NCBI GenBank assembly: GCA_951406725.2
Contig: OX597829.1
Coordinates: 52,762,001-52,826,000, forward strand
Reading direction: 5' to 3'
Source: Octopus vulgaris
Lineage: Eukaryota
Length of the DNA stretch: 64,000 nt
In this document: piece by piece, positions 26,158 through 39,843 of the stretch
How the letters are laid out: each line of letters starts with the position of its first letter
Position numbering within the stretch: position 1 is the stretch's first letter
The notes under the pieces: model-generated
Database searches by the model: none
Seen by the model: only the letters and a program-made list of their open reading frames with translations
Told to the model about the DNA's origin: nothing
Program-made: the position numbers and the translations under genes

Positions 26158-26469
26158 ATTATGAAGGTTACTCTGATTCCTATGTATAAAATGCAAAATA
26201 TTTTGGGGTTTTTTGCAGGTTAGGTAGACATAATTTGCCTGCCTTTCAATCTCAGTATTTAAACCTATGCATGGTTCTGCTCTAGTACACGTGCCGCGTA
26301 CATTCCTACCACAACATTTTCTTTAAGCGCTTTAAAGGCTGAAGGAAATCTGCCTTTGACTCAGTTGTGTGCCTGAGTTTTGCTTTTTTTGTGTTTTACT
26401 GCATAATCGTCACCAACTGCCTACCCTGGGTAATTACTGATGATACCATACCTGATATATATATATATA

Positions 26470-26885
26470 TATGACAGGCTTATTTCAATTTCCATCTGAC
26501 AAATCCACTCAGGTTTTGGTTGGCCCGTGGCTATAGTAGAAGACACTTGGCCCAGGTGCCATGCAGTGGAACTGCTCCCTGAACCATGTGGTTGGAAACC
26601 AAAGCTTTTTACCACACAGCCACTCCTGCGCCTATATTATTATTATTATTATTATTAAAGACAGCAGGCAGGCAGAATTGTTAGCACAGAAGGCAGAATG
26701 CTTAACAGCATTTCATCTTTCTTCACATTCTGAGTTCAAATTCCACTGAGGTTGGTTTTGCCTTTCATCCTTTCAGGGTTGATGAAATAAGTACCAGTCA
26801 TTCACTGGGGTTAATTTGATTGACCCCGCCCCCTCCCTCGAAATTGTTGGCTTTGTGCCAAAATATGAAGCTATTATTATTATTT
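26470..26885. mobile_element. CORE SINE head (-) next to a Nin/Deu SINE (+)
   Basis: gaagacacttggcccaggtgcc; ggcagaattgttagc..gagttcaaattcc..gcctttcatcctttcagggttgat. Confidence 0.75.
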
Positions 26886-27765
26886 GTAGGTTTAATTCTT
26901 AAGAGAAAATGATGATGTCCATATGTATATAATACAATGGCAGCAATGGCAGATTGATAATTCCTAATGTAATTATTGCTAATTGATTGCCTGATAAATA
27001 AGCTGGCGGCTGTTTAAATTTTGAGTAAGTTTTGCTATTCTCAACTTGTGTTTTTTTAGTAATGATGCATTGGCATTTAATGTGTTTGGTGTTTGTGTTT
27101 CATTGGCACCACATTTGTCGATGCATAGGGCTTCAACTTTGGTAGAACTAAAAGTGGTTGTCTTCAGAAAGAGCATCAAGCTGGAGAAACCATGCCAAAA
27201 CAGACCATGAAACCTTGTGGCTTCTGGCTTTTCTGACTCCTGTCAAACTGTCCAACCCATGCCAACATAAGAAAGAAAATGTTAAATGATGGTGATGATG
27301 ATGATGATCTCTGATGTGCTCATGCTTTGGTAAAAGGCCATTTGGCAGAATGTATAAGCTGCTAAATTTAATAACCTAGGAAGAAACCTGCATGAATAAT
27401 GTTGAGTAAAGTTGTGATGATGTTGACATTCTTTTCTGCTATTATGATTGGACACTATGCTTTTGAGACCCAGAGAGTGGTGGGGAGAAGAAATATTGTT
27501 TGAAAATAAGTATTAGTTGGTGACAGGAAGAGCATCCAGCTTGTAAGATCCTGCCTTAAATTCCTCTCCATCCAAATCTATGCTAGCATAGAAACATTGG
27601 AAGTTAAACTAATGAATGACAGCCTCCACACAGCCACATCTGCCGCACCTCATCTATTACATATGACATATCTATGTGTGTGTTTGTGTATAATACAATT
27701 CATGACAAGCAAACAAAAGTATAGTCACTGTAAAGATACAATACATTTGCTTTCTCTCTCTCTCT

Positions 27766-27808
<43 letters not shown>

Positions 27809-28649
27809 ATAGAAATATTAAAATTACTAAGTCTCTCTAAAAGTGATTGCGGCAGCGTTACTGGAAATTAATATGGCGATAACAATATATATATTTATTT
27901 ATTTATTTGCAATGTACAAATCAATGCAGGGAGTCATTTCAGGGTCCAACAGTTTGATGACTTATTTCTAATCTGTGGAGATAAGTCATATTTCGTTTCG
28001 GTTGGAAGAACTAATAAATACCGTGAAGTTAAATCACTCGTTTTGTTTAACTTCAGGGGTAGATATCACCGTATGGTGGTGGTGGTGGGGGGTGGGGGAA
28101 AGACACCTCAAATTTTCAATGGAGTTATTATGGATGGCAGACAAACCTTCCTGAGTTAACAATCTAACAGTTGGCATTTCCCTTGGAAAGAAATTGAAGT
28201 TAGGCCACAGCAGTCGCTGTACAACAGAGAACCATAGTATATACTAGGCTCCGTCTGTTTTTGTAGCATTAAGAACATAAATGACTCTTGCCTTTTCACT
28301 CCAGCCAGAGTAACAATTTTTGTATTTTATATGCAAGTAAAGCAGTAAAATATTGGAGTCAGTAGCCATGGGGAAATTATACATTTCTCCATGACTACTA
28401 AAACCCACAAATTTCAGCTAATTACCATATAAAATGTAACATTTAATTCTAGAAATCTGTTACATTTCATATCCTAGATCTTGTATGCTGAAAAAAGTAA
28501 AATTGCTTTGTTTTCCCTTTAAGAAAATAATTCAAGCTTTTGATGTATTGTACACCTTTTACTTTGATGTATTGTACACCTTCTATTTTGGCAGAACAAC
28601 CAGAACATCAAACTGTAATTTATTATTGCAGCAATTAATTTCAACTCTT

Positions 28650-29375
28650 TAGGTTTTGAGTTCAAATCTCATGATGTTGTTTAGTTGCTTCTTGATGCTC
28701 AAGCTGTATGTCACAAGTAATACGAGAGTGTTTAAATCTGTTGGCCATGTTCAGTTCACTTTTTTGCTTCCATACATAATCTCCTGTAGTGCTCCCTTTG
28801 GGTCTCTTCTTACATAACTGCATTTTGTATGTTGCCGCCTTCGTATACTTGTATATAGCCTTGCACATGGCTCCTTACTTTATGTAGCTCCTTGAGCACA
28901 GTGTCATCGAAGTTTGCAATCTTAGTCAGCCTCCCCCCCTCTTTTTTTAAAGGTATTTTAAGCATCCTTCTTGATTCCCCAGATCTGTTTTGATATCATT
29001 ACTGAAGATCTAAACGGTAGCAGCAAGACCTGTCAGCTGGTTATCTCCCTTGACATCTTAAGGTCGTCACTGTATGAGCAGATGGTTCACTTTGCCATTC
29101 TGTGAGTTGTATCCACAGAATTGTTGTTTAGTAGACTGCAGAGAGGTGCTCGCACAAGGCAGAACATGAGTAGTGATAACGAGTGGTCTTTGGGGGGGGT
29201 ATATCGCTTCTTATGTTGATTGGTTTTGATGTTACCAGCCCATCAGTTTAGTAGGGATTCAGTGCCCTTCTTCTGAGTCTTCATGCTCTTTGTGTTGCAT
29301 ATGATAATTCTAGGCAGACTTTGTAGATCTTCAGCCTCTTTTTTTATCCAGGTGTGTAGATCCTTGTTGCTGAGA
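28650..29375 (-). mobile_element. Probable R4-type LINE fragment
   Basis: Degenerate coding-like minus strand (NKDLHTWIKKEAEDLQSLP...); many stops. Confidence 0.4.
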
Positions 29376-29394
29376 ATTATTATTATTATTACTT

Positions 29395-30835
29395 TTAGTG
29401 GTGAGCTGCTAGAATAATTTGAACATTGGGCAAAATGCCTTGCAGTTCTTCACATTTTGAGTTCAAAACACACTAAGGTCAACTTTGCCTTTTGTCCTTT
29501 CAGGGTCAATGAAATAAAGTACCAGTCAAGTACTGGGGTCAGTTTAAGTCCTCTATCCCCCTGTCCTAAATTTTCTGGCCTTGTGCCTTTATTTTGAGGC
29601 AGTTATTAAAGGTGGTAGATTGGCAGAATTGTTAAAGGGTCAGACAAAATGTCCATGGTGTGTGTCTTTTAGCTCTTTGAGTTCAAATCCCATCAAGGTC
29701 TATTTTGCCTTTTATCCCAAGGGGTGGTGATCAGTGTAATCAGATAACATCTCACCCCACTAACTTGTTGTCCTTAAGCTTAAATTATAAAATATCATTG
29801 CCAATGCATTTACTTTCAGTGTAAATGGTTTACAATAAAGGTAGATCGAAAAATAACATTTTTTAATATAAATACTAAGGTGACCTAAAACCACCTTGTA
29901 AAGATATGAAGCAAGATATTTTCAGAAACATTTGCGGATCACATGTTAAATGTTAATGTCCCATGAGAATGACCCGATGGACACCACATGTTTTTGTTTG
30001 TCCTCTTCCCAGTTTTCATATCCATGTTAGAAGTGAATATTACTGTAATTATTGGTGGATTGGCAGAATTGTTAAAACATCCAGTCAAATACCTTGCAGT
30101 GTCTGTTTGAGTTCTTTACATTCTGAGTTCAAATCCTGCCAAGGCTAACTTTACCCTTTATGCTTTAATAAAGGACCAGTCAAGCACTGGGGATCAATTT
30201 GATTAATTTGTGATTTTGGGCCTATATTATAGAAACCATCATCATCATAAAAACAGCAAGCTGGCAGAATTGTTAGCATGCCAGGCAAAATGCTAAGTGA
30301 CATTTTGCCTGTTTTTACATTCTGAGTTAAAATTTCACTGAGGTCGACTTGGCCTTTCATCCATTTGGAGGTCAATAAAATAGGTATCAGCTGACCACCG
30401 GGGTTGGTGTAATTGACTTACCCCCTCCCTTGAAATTGATGGTCTTGTGCCAAAATTTGAAACTATTTATTATTATTGTTCATATACACACAACATATTA
30501 AACTGTGGGGAAAAGAAAAATTCCTAACAGTGGGTTACAACAAATAACCTTAGATTTCAAGAACCCTCCTAAATATCCTAGCTGTCCTAATAACACGGTT
30601 TTCTGGAGCTGTACTAAACTGGGTTTTATTATTATTATTATTATATAAGAGGTAGCAGATTGGCAGAATCATTAGAGTGTATAAGACAACATGCTTTGTG
30701 GTATTTGTTCCTGCTTTCTACATTCTAAATTCACATCCTACCATGGTCAGTTTTATATTTTCTCTTTTCTGTATTGATAAAATGAAATATCAATCAAGTT
30801 CAGGGTTGCCCCCTGTACTTTTGTTTAGAAGTTAT
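29395..30835 (+). mobile_element. Head-to-tail cluster of ~5-6 Nin/Deu SINEs
   Basis: Repeated ggcagaattgtta..gagttcaaat..gcctttcatcc units separated by (ATT)n/(ATC)n. Confidence 0.8.
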
Positions 30836-31339
30836 TATTAATTGCCAAATGATATATCTGTGATTTAAATGGAATTATTAATTTTTTTTTTTTTTTTTTT
30901 TTCACGTGTATGTTTCAATCCTAAAGTTGGGTTTTGATTAAATATGCAGGTAAAAATATTTGGGAAAACTTCTATAATTCTGTTTTTGTGCCAAGCTTCA
31001 TTCTGGTGCACGTTTATAAACACACACACACACACACATATCTGTCGGTCTGTCTGTTTGTCTGTATGTTGTCTCAAGTACCACAAACGAGAGACAAAGA
31101 TTTAATTTTTTCCCAAATATTGTTTTAACCAAAAAGCAAAGGAAGATAAAATGGATAGATTCAGAACTCTTTTTTTTTTTCTCAAGTAATTGATATTTAT
31201 TAATCTAAATAATTTAGACATTAAACAAATGTAGGGTTAAACAATTATTTCTTTTTTTTCTTTTTTTTTTTTTAAGAAAAAAAAAAACACCTACAAAAAA
31301 TGCATCTGTTTTGAATTATTTCTTTGATTATCTTTGTTA

Positions 31340-31375
<36 letters not shown>

Positions 31376-31577
31376 AATTTACTGAAGTTTAATAAAATCT
31401 TAATCTGCAGTTCTCCTTATTTATAAAATTCCAAACAAGCAATTATTTTTGTTTAAGTTTTGCTTTTTTTTTTTTTTCACTTTATATTTTTTTGTCAAAC
31501 CTCATCTTTCTTCTTGTGGTAAAATCCCATCATCATGTACTATTTTGTATACAGTTGGCTGTTTCATTTTATATATG

Positions 31578-31622
<45 letters not shown>

Positions 31623-32360
31623 ATATATGTGTATGTATATATGTGTATATATATGTGTATGTATATGTGTATATATATGTGTGTATATATATATGTATAT
31701 GTGTATATATATGTGTATATACACACAGACAAAGCTTAGGAAGTAGTGTATCATAGATACTCTCAAAGGAAATGGGAGAATTGTCAATACTCCTTGTTTG
31801 CTGACATTTTTTTTTTAAACAATATACTGTTAATCCCGAATTCATTTCACTGAATTGTGAAATGCACTTGACTGTAATTTGCACCAGGTGTTTTGGTGTA
31901 ATGTATACAAGTGTGTGTATGTATGTGCGTATATATATATAGAGAGATATAGATATATATACATATACATACACACTTGAGGACATATATGATGAAAGTG
32001 GTTTCCAGTTTTCGCATTGCATGTATATACATAAGGCGAAAATGGTGATCCAGTTTGGAAGAGTGTGCTTATTAATTGTATATTCCTGCTTAGAGTATAC
32101 ATTTAAACAAGTGGTTAAATATAATACAAATTTGTATACATATGGTATTTAACTTTGCTCCAAATGGAAATATTTATAAAAAGAAAAACAAAAAAAAAAA
32201 AACTAAGTCTGATCTAAAGAATATGTCCAGTAAATAATTTTAAGATTCCTTGGATGTTATTTCTGATCTTTATTAAGCAGTTATAAAGAATTGGTAAATC
32301 TAAATCCTTCTGTGGTATACAATGTTTTGTTTTGGTTTTTTTTTTTTTTTTTTCATGTTG

Positions 32361-32411
<51 letters not shown>

Positions 32412-32805
32412 ATCTTACAAAACCAGAAATTATTAAAATGTTCCACCATACAATGTACTGTATCCTGTGTACATGTCTGTAGATATCATCTACACATTTT
32501 GTCACTGTCCGCTGATTTTTTGCTCTTTGTTACCGACAAATTGTGTTTTTTGCTCTTTAGCAAAGAAATCAGTACCTGTTCTTGTAGAAGTATGTCAGCT
32601 AATATGAATATTTTAAGACAAACGTCTACTACTAGCAGCATTATAGAAGCAGCTCTAGTGATAGTGATAAAGAGAATGGTGCCTCTAAGAACTTATACGC
32701 CATTATCTGTAATGAAAAAAACAGAAAAATCAATATACTTTTGTGGGGAATGTAATGAGCAATATTTAAAATAATGTAACAAAACAACAACAAAAAAAAG
32801 CACAA

Positions 32806-32811
32806 AATAAA
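32806..32811 (+). terminator. Candidate distal poly(A) signal
   Basis: AATAAA ending a SINE-free, U/TGTA-rich 2 kb tract. Confidence 0.35.
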
Positions 32812-33811
32812 CATGAAAATTATATTTAGTTATTTTCATTATTACTACTACTGCTTCTAATACTGCAATTAAAATACTTGCTTTGACTTCATGAATTATT
32901 AAATAATTTTAAAAACAGAACTAAAATTCTTTGTTGTATATATTGTGTTTTGTCTCTCTATTTTCAAAGTTTAATTTGATGCAAGATTCAACTTTGCCCT
33001 ATTTCAGTTTCTGGGACGATGTATCCAACCAAATTTAGGTGAACTCATCAATAAACCTGTCGGTCGTTAACAGCCTCCGGTTTATGGTTTTCCAGTTTCT
33101 TTTAGATATTTGAAATGTTGGTATTTCATTTATACGTTGACCACACTTACTGTTGCATTCAAATCTTGAGATCAAAGCCTGCCACGGTCAACTTTGCTTT
33201 CATCTTTCTATGGTCAGTAGCATACCAGCCAAAAGGAATGGATTGACACAATTCACAAATACAAGATCCTTAGGCACGATGCCTTGCAGCATTTATTTTG
33301 GTTCTTTGCATTTTGTGTTCAAATCCCACTCTGACTTAATTGGCTGGCAGTCTTAATGGTATCTGCCTTTCATCCTTTCGGGGTTGATAAATTAAGTACC
33401 AGTTATGCACTGGGGTCAATGTAATTGACTTAATACTTATGTCTGTCCTTGTTTGTCCCCTCTGTTTAGCCCCTTGTGAGTAATAAAGAAATAGGATATC
33501 TTTAGCAAGTCCACTCTGTTACAAGCATTTGGGCCAGGTTTCTGGTTTGAGGATATATTTTTACCTCCCACTCATCAGTCTATGAGGCCTTTATAAAAAG
33601 GATGTATATACTGTCCTTCCCTCCTAAATAATTTAAAATTTAGCTGGAAAAAAAACCCCTTCTGCAACTTTATTACAAGTCAATCATGAGAGTCCATATG
33701 TGTTACACTCGTTAATTTCACACTCTAGATAATGTGTTCTGCATAGTGACAAAAGATACTGCACTAAATACTATTGGGCTTTAAAAATCTTGACTATTGT
33801 GTCAAATGTAA

Positions 33812-34226
33812 TACTCTTTACTCTTTACTTGTTTCAGTCATTTGACTGCGGCCATGCTGGAGCACCGCCTTTAATCGAGCAATGCGACCCCGGGACTTAT
33901 TCTTTTGTAAGCCTAGTACTCATTCTATCGGTCTCTTTTGCCGAACCGCTAAGTAACGGGGACATAAACACACCAGCATCGGTTGTCAAGCAATGCTAGG
34001 GGGGACAGACACACAAACACACACATGCATATATATATATATATATGTATACATATACATATATACGACGGGCTTCTTTCAGTTTCCGTCTACCAAATCC
34101 ACTCACAAGGCTTTGGTTGGCCTGAGGCTACAGAAGACACTTGCCCAAGATGCCACGCAGTGGGACTGAACCCGGAACCATGTGGTTGGTAAACAAGCTA
34201 CTTACCACACAGCCACTCCTGCACCT
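33812..34226 (-). mobile_element. Young full-length CORE-type SINE
   Basis: aggtgcaggagtggctgtgtggtaag..gggttcagtcccactgcgtggc head; (AAAGAGT)n tail; CpGs retained. Confidence 0.9.
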
Positions 34227-34689
34227 AATACTTATTTATTCACACTGATTTTAATTAATCATACATTTGTTGATGTGATTGTTTATTTTTAGAATGATAT
34301 TGTAGGATAGGCATGAAAAGCTGGATCTGGCCTTTTTAAATGCAAAACAGGTAGGATATTTGGGCTGAATATGGCATTGTTTAAATGCTAAATGTTTAAA
34401 CATAAAGCAACATTTTGGTAGTCTTGTTAACGGAAGACTCTGCTCAAAATTCTAAAGGAATTTCCCTCATCTTATGTGGGATGATGTTAGTGATTATGAT
34501 GGGCTATATTTAGCAAGACAAAGCCTGTAAGATGGAAATGTTATAAAATTATTTCTTGTAAACATCCTACATTAACATCTCAAGATACATGGCAACACTT
34601 TTGGTGGACGCTTGAGTTACTTCAGAAAGGGACTTGTGGGAAGTAATGTGAATAAAGCTTGCAATAAAGTGTTAAATAAAACTTCTTTT

Positions 34690-35045
34690 GCAAATGTTGG
34701 GCCTCATGGAGGCAAAGTGGCTGAGTTCCTTTCGAGTGTTGGGCCTAATGGAAGCAATGACCGAGACCTTTGGCATTATGTCATGCTTGAGAAGAAGACC
34801 CATCAAGCAGAGCAAAATCGCAGTTATGGCAGATACCAGTGTCATGCAAATTGGCATGAAAACACACCCTGGTGTCAAGTAAATGGCATATAAAAGCACC
34901 CATTAAACTCTCAGAGTGGTTGGCATTAGGAAGGGCATCCCGCCATAGAAAACCATGCCAAGTCAGACTGGAGTCTAGTGCAGCCTTCTACTCAAACCGT
35001 CCAACCCATGCTAGCATGGACGACAGACATTAAAATGATGATGAT
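34690..35045 (+). mobile_element. Meta-domain SINE or LINE 3' tail
   Basis: ggttggcattaggaagggcatcccgcc, (GAT)n tail. Confidence 0.7.
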
Positions 35046-36744
35046 ATGATATACATGTTCTGCGAAGGTCTGTTAGTGGAACTTATTGGTGACGCCACAT
35101 ATTTCCAGTCACACTGCAAACTGTTTAATTACAAGGAAATGTAATTTTTTGGCATTTTTACAATATTTCATAATTAAACTTTAATATCTAGCACTCGTGT
35201 TGTTCAAATATCCTCAAAACCATGTGAAAGATTTAGAATAAAATATTTTCTCCAATTATGAAAATGTACCACCAGTGGTGCATATGGCAGTTGTGTGAAA
35301 GTTATGATGAACCACCAGAGGTCCATGTGGAAGTTAAAGTGGGGAATAGGACAAAAATGGTTGAAAAACACTGGAGTAAACAACTATGAAAGAGCATTTA
35401 TTTAGTTTTCTCTTTGCCCACCATACTATCATGTTTTGACTTCTGTTACTTTCAGTACAATATAGAATTATTTCTGGTTTGTTCTCTTCTTTCCCTAGGC
35501 TAATGTTTCATCCAGTTTTCCCCCCACTAGGTACATGGTGGTACAATTCCTAACTTTGACCCATCTAACATAACAAAATTGATAGTTTTTATCCTTGAAC
35601 CTATACTCACTCTATTGTTTTTCCTTTTATTTTAATGTTGTTTTTTTTTTGGGGTTTTTTTGCACTTGTCGTTTTTTTACCTGTCAGAGAATCATGTGGT
35701 GCAAGTTACCTGTATAAAATGCCTAATATGCAGTTTGCAGCTTCTCTTTATTCCTGAAAATCATGAAGCTTTATCAGTTCTCGTGTCCTTAATTATTTTG
35801 CTCTCCATAAAAACAGCATTATAGTTGGCTCCTTATTTCAGCCATGAATTTTGAGATCTTATTTCCTTTTCTTCACTATCCTTTCACAAGGATATCTCTT
35901 GCTTTTAACTTTTCATTATGACCCAAATCGCTTAGTCTGAAGCCAATTTATTTCACGTTAAATTAAACTTATGTTGAAAGTCAATGAACAAAGTTTGCTT
36001 TAGAAGCATTGAGATGAATTAAAAGATACAGGTAAAGAAAGCACTTGATGTATAATCACAGGGATGTGAGTTCAAGTCTCATGGTTGGCCACCAACAAAT
36101 TTTTCTGCAAAATCTGGATAGTTTATCCTGTTCATGCTATATTATTAGTATTATCCTGTGTTTGAGAATAGAATTATTTCCTTATTTGTATCTTTCAATA
36201 CATTTTAGTTTCTCCTCCCCCAACATTATTTTATATTTGAAGCTCTTCACCTCTTTCTTTTTCAACTTCTTCTAAACCAGGGGTGGGGAAACTTTTCTCT
36301 GCGGTAGGCAAAAATTTCCAAAGAAAAAGATCTGCGGGTGAATCACAAATTCTAACTCTTAGATCTGTGTAGATCTTGTATCTCTCCACTGTAAACAGAA
36401 TTTTATTAGTCGCTTAACTTTCAAAAATGGTAAAAACTGTTTACATCCAAGATAAGTTCCATTACATCTTTTTCACTGCTGGCATGAGTTCTATGAAACT
36501 TACTGAAAAAAGCAGAGTTGCCAACAGAAAGGATATCCTGCCATAGAATAACTAGGGCCCTTGATGCTATCAGCCCTTTTTCTACTTTATTGCAATAGTT
36601 ACAGGACATTTAATTTACTGGAAACACAAACCCACTCTTACTCAAATCATGTGAAAAACATAGTTGCACATGCACTTGAATCCACACACACACACACACA
36701 CACGAGCTTCCATACAGTTTCTACCTGTCTAATTCACAACATGG

Positions 36745-37370
36745 TAAACTGGCAGAATCACTAAACATTTTGGTCAAAATGCTTAACAGCATTTCTTCCA
36801 GCTCTTTACATTCTGGATTCAAATTCAGACTGACTTTGCCCTTCATCCTTTTCGGGGATCAATAAAATAAATACCAGTCAAGTACTGAGGTCAATGTAAT
36901 CAACTTACCATCTCCCCCTAAAAATTTTCAGGCCTTGTGACTATTACTCAAAGAATTATTATTATAATTATTCAAGATGGCGAGCAGGCCAGGCGAAATG
37001 CTTAGAGGTATTTCGTCCATTGCTACATTCTGAGTTCAAATTCCACCAAGGTTGACTTTACCTTTCTTTCTTTTGGAGTTGATAAATTTAAGTACCATTT
37101 GAGTTCTGGGGTTGATGTAATCATCTATTTCCCCCACCCCACCAGATTTCAGGATTATTATTAGCAAGGTAGGCAGAATCCTTAGCACACTGAACAGAAT
37201 GTTCAGCAGCATTCTGAGTTCAAATCCCACTGGAGTCATCTTTGCCTTTTCATCCTTTTGGGGTCAATAAAATAAAATACTAATCAAGTTCTGAGGTCAC
37301 TGTGTCCAACTTGTTTCTTCCCTAAAATAAATTTCATGACCTTGTGCCTGCATTAAAACAATTATTATTT
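36745..37370 (+). mobile_element. Three tandem Nin/Deu SINEs
   Basis: Three repeats of head + gcccttcatccttttcgggg domain with (ATT)n spacers. Confidence 0.8.
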
Positions 37371-37425
37371 ATTAATTGTGATATCAATTTCATATTAAGA
37401 CCTTATTAAAGTACTCTGCAACCCC

Positions 37426-37594
37426 TTAACCCTCTAGTATTCAGATTACTATTTCAAACATAATGCTTATGTATTCACATCATTTTTAGAATGACATTAT
37501 AGGGTAGGTGTGAAAGGCCAAATATGACCAGTTTAAACTTAAAACAGGTAGAATATTTTGGCCAGATAAGGCCTGTTTAAATGCTAAAGGGTTG
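37426..37594 (-). mobile_element. piggyBac-like MITE
   Basis: TTAA-ccctctagtatt ... atgctaaaggg-ttga. Confidence 0.7.
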
Positions 37595-37789
37595 AAATAA
37601 GAGGTATTTATAGTCATGCAGTTTCTTTTAGATGTTTGATGGTATTGGGTAAATCATTACATTGCATGACAACAAAGAACAAGATGCTTTTCTGGTTTTT
37701 CTTCAGGAGTTGCTACGTTTCTGGTGTTCAACTGAATCTACTTGAATTATAAAAGCGAAAAAACATCCAAACAACCGGCAAGTTTAATT

Positions 37790-38130
37790 GTAAGTGTGGT
37801 TGTATGTTAAGAAATTTGTTTCTCACCTACATGGTTCTGAGTTTAGTCCCACTGCATGGTACCTTCTGCAAGTGTCTTCTACCGTAGCTCCAAGCCAGCC
37901 AAATCCTTGTAAATGATTTGGTAGATGAAAACTGAAAGAAGCCCATCATTTATGTATGTTTGTGTGTGTATAACAGATGCTCGACAACTAATGCTGGTTT
38001 GTTTACAGTCAAGAAGATAATTAGAATAAGTACCAGGCTTTAAAATAAACATTGGCTCTTTTCGTTCGACTAGCTCTTTCAATGTGATGCTACAGCATGG
38101 CCGCAGGGCAATAACTGAAATAAAGAAAGA
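37790..38130 (+). mobile_element. CORE-type SINE
   Basis: cccactgcatggtaccttctgcaagtgtcttctacc; cagcatggccgcag. Confidence 0.75.
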
Positions 38131-38545
38131 CGTCATATAGAGAAACAAATGTAAGGAGATCACAGCAGATAATGAGCTGAAAATGACTTGTTATTTGTTT
38201 AGTAAAGAAGAAGGACCAAAATATTACAAGCACTAGACTACGAAAGGTTGGGGTTGAAAAAAAGAAATAATTAAATAGAATGATGGAATGATCTCAATAA
38301 AAAACCATCTTTATTTTTAAAAAAACTGCTTATTTCAGTTTATTGGTTTACTGAATTATCGCCCCTATTTTTAATTTTCGTTGGTATCATTAAACATAAA
38401 TATGATAAAGCGAGTTAAGATGAAAACTAAGAGTAAATCTTTATTCGATTAAATAAAAGGCATTTTTATCTACAGAAATTACACATCGTTTTCTGGAGAA
38501 ATAGAATAAATTCAAGTGTTTCATCACACAGGAGTTACTGTAAAG

Positions 38546-38746
38546 CAGTGGTTTTCAACCAGGGTTCCGCCAGTACAGTGCAGGGGTTCCGCAAGAAGTT
38601 ACAAAAATGCTAAAATCGACAGTAATTTTTAATTCTCCTGTGCAGATATGTGTGCATAAGACAATTAAATTATTGCACAGGGGTTCCTCGAGCCAGTGGA
38701 ATGTTTCCTTGGGGTTCCGCTTCAGCACAAAGTTTGAAAAGCACTG
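38546..38746. mobile_element. hAT (Charlie-like) MITE
   Basis: TIRs cagtggttttcaacc / gtttgaaaagcactg; internal ggggttcc repeats; TSD not preserved. Confidence 0.75.
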
Positions 38747-39617
38747 ACTTAGACAATGTTAATTTGACAACAAGGGAGGTAATTATGGTAATTTACTTAA
38801 TAATTATCTAACTTGCATTATTTTCTCCTAAATAAAAGCAGCGAACTGGCAAAATCGTGAAGCCCACTGGGCACAATGTTTAGAGGCATTTCGTCCGTCC
38901 TCACGTTCTAGGTTCAAATCCTGCCTTTCATTCTTTCGGGGTCGATAAAATAAATACTAGTCAATGAAATTGATTCCTCCCAACGCCAAGTTCAGGCTTT
39001 GTGCCAATAGTAAAATAATTATTATTTTCTCCTAAATAAACCAACAAAACTTCTCTTATCGATCTACTTCTTCACGCAGTTGATTTGTATGCGTGCAAAT
39101 CAACGACATCATTTGGCTTGCTAGAAACAACAGCCAAATCTCCCTCTAATGTCTTTAAAAAAGAAGGTTACATTAGATAGAGAAGTCTGGAAGTACTGCT
39201 CGAGAGAACTTATATGTTTGGCTACACCTGTGGAAATTTTAAAGTTTAGCGAAAATTTAAAAATTTGGTGTATTGACGTAATTTTTCATGCTGAACCTCA
39301 TAGGATAGCTCACTTTTTCCAGAAACGTTAAAAAAAAGTTACAGAGGTTTAAAGTTTGGTCACTTTTACCCAGTCAGAAAATAGGATTTGGAAGGTGTTT
39401 ATTTTGTGCATGACTGCACGTGTTGTCAGCATTCCGAAAATAGCGCCTGTTTTATCATGAAGTAAACGAATGGGATATTGGCGAAGTTCTGCCTTACGCA
39501 CGCCATATAACCCCTCGTAACTATTTATTTTTTTTAATTTTCAGAAATTTTTTGTATTCTACCCACAGGAATTCATACGATTATACAAACCCTTCCAAAA
39601 CAAACTTTTGATGCGTG

Positions 39618-39843
39618 CCCTTTCGTTACCAACCCGGCTGAAACCGGCTCTGGCTCTGTAGTACAAATGTCTTGTTTTCATAAGTTTTTAATTAAAATCT
39701 TCCACCAAACCTTAGTCACAATTTATGTTCCTAACACTAGCTTAATGATAACTAAGTTATTTCACTAAATTCTTTGTTATATTTAAAATTAACTGAATGA
39801 AACACAGAGCATCTCAAAATAAATACGGTAACGAAAGGGTTAA
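39618..39843. mobile_element. piggyBac-like MITE, second family
   Basis: Perfect 13-bp TIR ccctttcgttacc / ggtaacgaaaggg followed by TTAA. Confidence 0.8.

Noticed and set aside
27950-27995. SECIS-like ATGA...AA hairpin
   Set aside because: The 3' side is TCAT (Watson-Crick), not the GA quartet; the gene ends in TAG with no in-frame TGA seen
29395-30835. Repeat-spacer pattern resembling a CRISPR array
   Set aside because: Units are ~200-bp diverged SINEs in eukaryotic DNA; no cas genes
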